DNA from: the human T2T-CHM13v2.0 reference genome, Homo sapiens
DNA: 64,000 nucleotides
Reading direction: 5' to 3' (one strand)
Assembly (NCBI RefSeq): GCF_009914755.1
Contig: NC_060928.1
The notes below the pieces were generated by a model. That model saw only the letters and a list, made by a program, of their open reading frames with translations. It was not told where the DNA came from and ran no database searches. The stretch's first letter is position 1. Each line of letters begins with the position of its first letter. Positions 57,040 to 64,000 of the stretch are shown one piece after another. The translations under genes were made by a program, and so were the position numbers.

Positions 57040-57350
57040 GTAAAGAAGATGAGTTCTGCTGTGGACATGCTAAATCTGAGATGCTTATAGAAAATTTAGG
57101 TGGAGAAGTCCAGAAGGCAATTGGAATATAGATGCAAAATTCATGAGAGAGGTCTGGGACCAATACAGATCTGTGTATTGTTAGTGGACCTCTAAGTCCA
57201 TGTGATAATATGTGAAATAAGAAGAAAAGGCAGATGGAAAATATCAACATTTAAGAGAAGTAGAGACAGGGAAGAAAGACTCAAAAATATAGGGGGAAGA
57301 CCAGGAGAGATTTGTGTCAGAGAAATTAAGGAGAATAGTTTTACAAAGAA
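57040..57350 (-). mobile_element. L2 fragment
   Basis: GATGAGTTCTG...GGACATGCTAAATCTGAGATGC...GGCAATTGGAATATA pattern. Confidence 0.6.
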
Positions 57351-58217
57351 GAAATCACTTCTCAGCCACTGATTAATTGCTGAAATTAGCAAGCATCTGC
57401 TTGATAAGTTTGATTGTTAACAAACAGGAGTCAGAGTGTGAAATAAAGAAGGTCTAAGAGTTTGGGAAAGAAGCTACCATATTTCAGAGATGGCAGAAAT
57501 ATGGATGTTTTATCCATGGAAGGGGAAAGACCTCCATAGAATCTGTAACAGAGGAGAGAAGGTTGAAGATGAAGGGCCTAGCAGACAATGTATCTAGGAA
57601 GTTGGGAGGGGATGAGGCTTTGGAGGCAGGGATGGGCCAGCTTTACACTAGCAGAAATCTTCTCACCCACCAAGGGAAGCAAGAATATGAGTGTTATTTC
57701 AGGGGCTCATTAAATACATTTAAAGCTTTGATTTGTATGCAGAATTTTCCAGTTATAGACCAACCTGGGTAATTTTTTTCAAAGTGATTTTTCACATTCT
57801 GTTAATTTCTACTTGCTTTCACTTTCCATCTTTCACTGCTGGTATGTATTACTGAATAGCATGATTTATATACATCTAACTGTCTTCGAGAGAAATTTTA
57901 TATAGCACTGACAAGATTAGTCCCCAGAGAGGTGGCTTTCCAGCTAATGCCAACACTGGGATAGGATTTAGACACTGCTTTCAGCATTTAGGGACTTTGC
58001 TTCTTTGGGTCATTTCTCTCTGAGACATAATCAAGACATTGACTATATACCTAGGGCCACCCCAGGTGTATATGAAAATGCTAAAAATTCACTTTAAGTA
58101 GCACTGAACCTAGCAGCAGCCTTAGGCAGATAGCATCATAACAAAACCATCAAAATGCACAAAATAAGGGAGAATGTAAAGGACATTCACTTAGGAACTC
58201 AGCGTAATCAGAGGTGG

Positions 58218-58542
<325 letters not shown>

Positions 58543-59067
58543 AATCAGAAGTTTTAAATTTTTGTCTTGTCACCAGAGTCATAAAATTTTGATATATTTG
58601 ATTAAAAATATATTCTTCAAATGTCTTTCTATTTTCTAATAAGATTCTATTCACACGAGAGAGGAAGGCTGGGTTCCTGTGGTTGATTTGCATGTTCTAC
58701 CTGATCAAATGCTGTGTCTTGCTCCTTCAGATGTAGAGTCATTCCAGCCAGACTCTTCTTTTATCTTTACCTTTCTCACCTTTTCTTTCTTCACCCTTAT
58801 AAACCTTCCTCACCCTACCAAGGTGTAACAAGAGGGAAAGATAAATGGGAGAAATAAGAAAATTTGAAATGTAGGACCCATTTTATTAAGGAGTTTTGTG
58901 GATTTTTAAGGACCAAGAAGTTAAAGCTTATTTTGAGTTGTATTTATTCCCTGTGACCATCTTGGCTGCTGAGAGACAGCGGTGAGAACTGGCAAATTAG
59001 GAGAAGCAAGATGAAATGCAAAAGCAAACAGACTCTGAGGAGGGACAGGATGCTCGAACCTAAGTAG

Positions 59068-59452
<385 letters not shown>

Positions 59453-59977
59453 TAAATAATCTTTTTGGCTTTTTGCAAGGGATCCATAATATGCAGCTTG
59501 CACTGTGCTTGTATTATGTGACAGATTCTGTATTAAACCATCCCCTTCACCTTTTCATGAATAAGAATAGATGTAGTCTCCTGAAATGTTAATAAAACTC
59601 ATATTTTTTTCTGAAAGTAATGTAGGCTTAATCCTAAAGCAGACTATGCCTGTGTTTTGATAAATCTATAATTAGAATTCATCTTAGAAGTTTTTTCTCC
59701 TAGAAGTAAACAACAAGGGATATCCAAACTTAATATTAAAAGAATTAAAATTCAAGTGATTACTTCTTCTTGGTAAGTACTAAGAAAATGAATCAAATGT
59801 TGTTTCTCTAAGTTTTAGCACTGTATAGTTGTTTGCTGGTGTTCTGTGTTCTAGTGTGCAGTGCAGTTTCATCAAGGTCAAGGTAATGATGTTGATGCAT
59901 TTCACAATCATGACCATATGTTGTAGTTGATATTACATTCAAGAAATAATCCTGCTTCTTCCTCTGATTGTTTCAAG

Positions 59978-60122
59978 GTGATGACACAATGACTGGTGAT
60001 GGGGGAGAATACCTTAGGCCTGAGGACCTAAAAGAACTGGGTGATGACTCACTACCCAGCAGTCAGTTCCTGGATGGTATGAATTACCTGCGATACAGCT
60101 TGGAGGGAGGACGATCTGACAG
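59978..60122 (+). CDS. ANK2: ANK2 exon 24, (G)[47 protein letters not shown](S)
   Basis: ttcaAG|GT GAT...GAC AG|GTatct; 145 nt, phase 1/2; in frame with exon 23. Confidence 0.95.
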
Positions 60123-60871
60123 GTATCTCATAAAACTTATAATTGATGTCAGCCAGAAGTATGTGCAACATATTTTTTATGATGATGATAAAAATGTAGA
60201 TGCAATTATTGAGCATTTAATAGGTACCTTATTAATCTCAGCAGTTAGCATGTTATGTTTTTCCATTGTCTAACAACTTTAAGATATGCCCATTTTAAAG
60301 AACAGAAAACTGAGGCCTAGAAAGATCAAATAACTTGGTAAAATCAAACAACTAGTAAGAAGCAAAACCATCATAAATAAGAGTTCTCATCATTTAAATG
60401 TGGCGTTTTTCATCACTGGCCACTTTTTCCTCAAATTAAAAGGACAATTTTGCCTTATAGACATTCTTACTGAGCGGCATCACAGACACTTTGGATACTC
60501 TTCTGCCCCCACTTTTTTGTTAGTAACATAATTTCTGTGAATAAAGTATGTTGTGAGGCTGAATTAAAAAGAAATACATTCAGAACAAAACTGCCTGGAA
60601 CTGACTTTTTCATGAAAAAGAATCCGAACAGAATCCCACGAGAGCCTGGATACAAGAAACAATCGGAGCAAAATCTGAGGGAGCCCAGTGTTAATAGGCA
60701 AATCTGGGAGGTTTATATAATATTCTGAGATATATGATCAGTGCTACTTTTTGTTATTATTAACTAGTACAACTGGCACTTGTTATTTTTTTATGCAAGT
60801 TAGGTAATGACATTCTGTGGTTCCTCATTGAAATTATGACTGATAAGTTGGGCCATGAATATGGATGTCAT

Positions 60872-61029
60872 AGCTGGGTGCAGTGGCTGGGTGCTGAGAC
60901 CTGTAGTCTCAGCTACTTGGGAGGCTGAGTTGGAGGATCCCTTGAGCCCCAGAATTCAAGTCCAGGCTGGGCAACATAGCAAGACACTGTCTCTTGAGAC
61001 AGAAAAAAAAAAAAAGAAAAGAAAAGAAA
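60872..61029 (+). mobile_element. FLAM/FAM-type Alu monomer
   Basis: single arm GGAGGATCCCTTGAGCCC...GGGCAACATAGCAAGAC with A-rich tail. Confidence 0.75.
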
Positions 61030-62506
61030 GTTTGTCCACGTAGTGTAATGTGTTCTGCTAATCAATAATCTCAGGTTTATAGTTTTAAAGTTGGCACTAT
61101 TGTAAGCTATTTTATGAATATCCAGCATAGAGTCTAAGAAATAAATACCTTAAAGTCTAAGTGAATAATTAGCAAAAACAAACTTTTCTTGGGCTTTTTC
61201 CTTGAGCACCAATGCCCCCTTCCACTATCTTTTTTTTTTTCTTTAGCAAGATAGGCTTGTTAACTTCATAGTCTAATGGGATGGGAGAGGGCATAAGCTA
61301 GTGGTACACATAGAGTGCCACTGAAGCCCTGAGGCTCTAGCTTCCTGGAGCAGATGAAACCAAACTGAGACCAAATAATGAGTAACAATGGTGAGGAAAA
61401 GTGGGGAGGGCATTTGAAGCCTTAACAAGGTCTTGAGCAAAGGCTCGCAGGGTGTATGAGAAAAAAGGGAATGCAGTGTTGCTGGAGTGTAAGTGTGGAG
61501 GACGGGAATTATATTTGCATAGCAGGGGGATCCTTCTGCCAGTGAGAAAGAGGATGAATTTTAAAGGAGAGTTTCAAAGGGCTAAACCTGGAGATTGCAG
61601 CCACTCTGAGAAGCAATTGTTCGTGTATTAACTGCAGGTGTCATGAGAGGACTAGCACTCTAACCTTGGTGATAGTCATGGAGAGAATTTCAGAAATAAA
61701 AAATTTGAGAGTTTTTTGAGACATGTGTAGGAGGCAAAACTAGTCAGATTTCATGATGAATTTCATGATTTAGGTGAGGAAGGGGAAGGAGATTAAATTG
61801 AGTCCTTGGCTTCAATAACTTAGATAAAGGGTGCTCCCAGAAGGAGGAGCCCCTCTGGAGTTCCATAAGCTGTCTTGATACATTGGTAGATTTGGACCTT
61901 ATACTCTGAGATTCTTAAAAGATTTCAAATTTGAATAAAGTGTAATGTTCATGGCATTGCACAAATTGATGATAATCTATGAACAGTCTTATTACTGTCA
62001 ACCATAAAGCTTCTATTTTTTGCATGGTCTCCCTTATTAAGAATAAGTACTTGATTTGATCTGTTTTTCTTCTTTCAAAGTACTTAGGTTGAGGAAGAAT
62101 TTAGAATAATACTTTCTATAAAACAGGATGGATGGCTTGAATGCTCCTGCTTAAATCCAATACTTTTCAGCACATAAGGTCAGGGGACATGAAACAAACA
62201 AGACATACTGTGTTCTCCAGGTCTCCACTTGCATTTCTAGATCACTAGATGTATTCACCATTTCCAAAATAGAGTGACAGACAGCATCTCATTTTCATGG
62301 TCTTCTTTTATTTTTAATTTTGCTTAGGCAATTCAATATAAGTTACCTTTTCTCAGTGACCATTTTTTCCTTTGCATTATTTCTTTATCTGAATTGCTTT
62401 CACTAGCACCATGCCCAGGTAGGTATTAACAGAGCATGGAAACAAGCCCTTCCTAGATTTATCCACATTTCCCTGCTCACTGCTAAACCTGCGTGTGTGT
62501 GTTGCC

Positions 62507-62548
62507 GGGGCGGGGGGTGAGGGGGAGCGGTGGGGGAGTGGGAGGGGG
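62507..62548 (+). other. G-quadruplex-forming motif
   Basis: GGGG C GGGGGG TGA GGGGG AGCGGT GGGGG AGT GGG A GGGGG; six G-tracts. Confidence 0.75.
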
Positions 62549-64000
62549 TGCTTATATTCTAGAATTATGGATTTATTCTAAAATAAATATTTTTATGTAT
62601 TGAACTGAATAACTAGCTGAGCTAGAAGAGGTGAATATATTATTAAAATGTAAATCTGTGACATGACCCAGGTATTGCTTTGTTTCAACAATCACTGCTG
62701 CACCTGTGGTTGATAACACATTAGCATGGCTTTCCCCAAACAACCCCAATTAGCCTATGTGTAGTTGGAGAAGATAGAAAAAATATTCTGATGCCTAAAA
62801 TATGCATAGATATGGAAGAATACAAATACATACAATTTAATGTACATTAAATACAAATACAACCAAGTTATGATTAGTTGGATTTTGCATCTGTTTTATT
62901 TTATTGTAGCTTACAAATTAAAAATGCTTTCCAAATTCAATGTAAAATACTAAATAATAATGAACCACAGAAGCTTCTTCATATCTTAAAGCAAATTTAT
63001 TGAAAATTGTGGATTTCTACTCGTTAAGTTTGCCACTCCATTAATTGAATGTTTAATAAATATTACAGTTTACCAAGATAGTAATTATTATACTTTTCAA
63101 TAAAATTACACTTTCATACCACCTATTATGTGTCCATAAAGCAGTTGTACCGTAGTAAAATAAAAAATATAAACTAAGACCATAACAAAACCCCTAGTAC
63201 ATCCCCTAGATGAACAGCAAGTAAAACTTTACACTTCTATGGCTATGTTATTATACATTTATTAACTGAATAGCAGAACCATTGACTTCATGAAAAATTG
63301 GCAACTGTATTGGAAAATATTTAAACTTGTTTTTAATGTCTTAAATCAGAGTGAACAATTTCTGATCCAAGGGCTTAAATTATTCCAGACCTTTGTCATG
63401 CTGGTTATATTATTTTAGTGAGAATAATTCTTTAGTTATTATTATTTTAGAGGGAATATTCTTTTAGAGCGAATAACTTCTCTGGTGTTGGAATAGTCCA
63501 TCTTTATTTCATTTAAGTAGATTATACGACATCATTTTTAAAAAAGCAGTTAGAAATGATACACATTGATTAAACAACCAATTAGTATTTCAGAAGGCAG
63601 TAAGTAAGTAGAGGAGGCTAGAATACAACCCATAGAAAGGTAGAGACACTCCTATATATGGTTTTGACTTATTCATTGTTGCTCCCTCTCTCTGTCCAAC
63701 TTTTCTCACTCTCTGTGTACATATCCTAATATCTTTCTCTCTCTACTCTAATCAATTTTTTGTGATTATATATCACTTTGTCTCCTTCTTTCTTTTCTTA
63801 TCCCTCTGTATTTCTTTCCTGTTGGGGTTTTAGGAAAGACAAAAAACACCAACACCTCTCTATTCCTCTCAGTACAAAACCAATTGAGAGATAGACTCAG
63901 GTATCAACTAAATGGATATCAAAATTTCACTTGTATGACTGATATACCGATTGCAAAGTGCGACTTTACTTTCATAGCCCAATGGGCTCTTTAATACCAC

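Noticed and set aside
60071-60082. Internal donor-like ATG|GTATGA in exon 24, giving a 99-nt exon
   Set aside because: It would end in phase 1 instead of phase 2; the 99-nt length looks coincidental and there is no other support.
61832-61850. GTGCTCCCAGAAGG, partly complementary to the CCTTCTTAAGGGAGCAC block near exon 21
   Set aside because: 20 kb away, needs a 3-nt bulge, and lies in probable L2-derived sequence; likely chance.

Overview
Human genomic DNA from inside ANK2 (ankyrin-B), transcribed on the + strand. Fourteen coding exons were read directly from the sequence, all with AG/GT boundaries. By my recollection of NM_001148 numbering these are exons 11-24. Exons 11-22 are 99- or 198-nt phase-0 modules, each encoding one or two ankyrin repeats; exons 23-24 encode the linker after the repeats. 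The introns are AT-rich and hold about 16 Alus (one AluYa5 matching the consensus as I recall it), an internally deleted L1PA7-like element with both termini and a TSD, THE1 and MER21 LTRs, MER2/MER53/MER5 DNA transposons, and L2/L3/MIR relics. The most striking unexplained structure is around exon 21. A roughly 50-nt element is duplicated almost symmetrically on both sides of the exon, about 280 nt away. Each copy carries an AG...GTGAGC micro-exon-like signal, and both copies are complementary to the probable branch-point region of exon 22, which suggests a competing RNA-structure or decoy-splice-site switch. Also notable: an L1 ORF0-like frame that could splice in frame into ANK2, a 176-bp templated insertion with fold-back junctions, and a local duplication that carries a candidate poison micro-exon. 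Functional statements are inference; no alignments or folding calculations were run.
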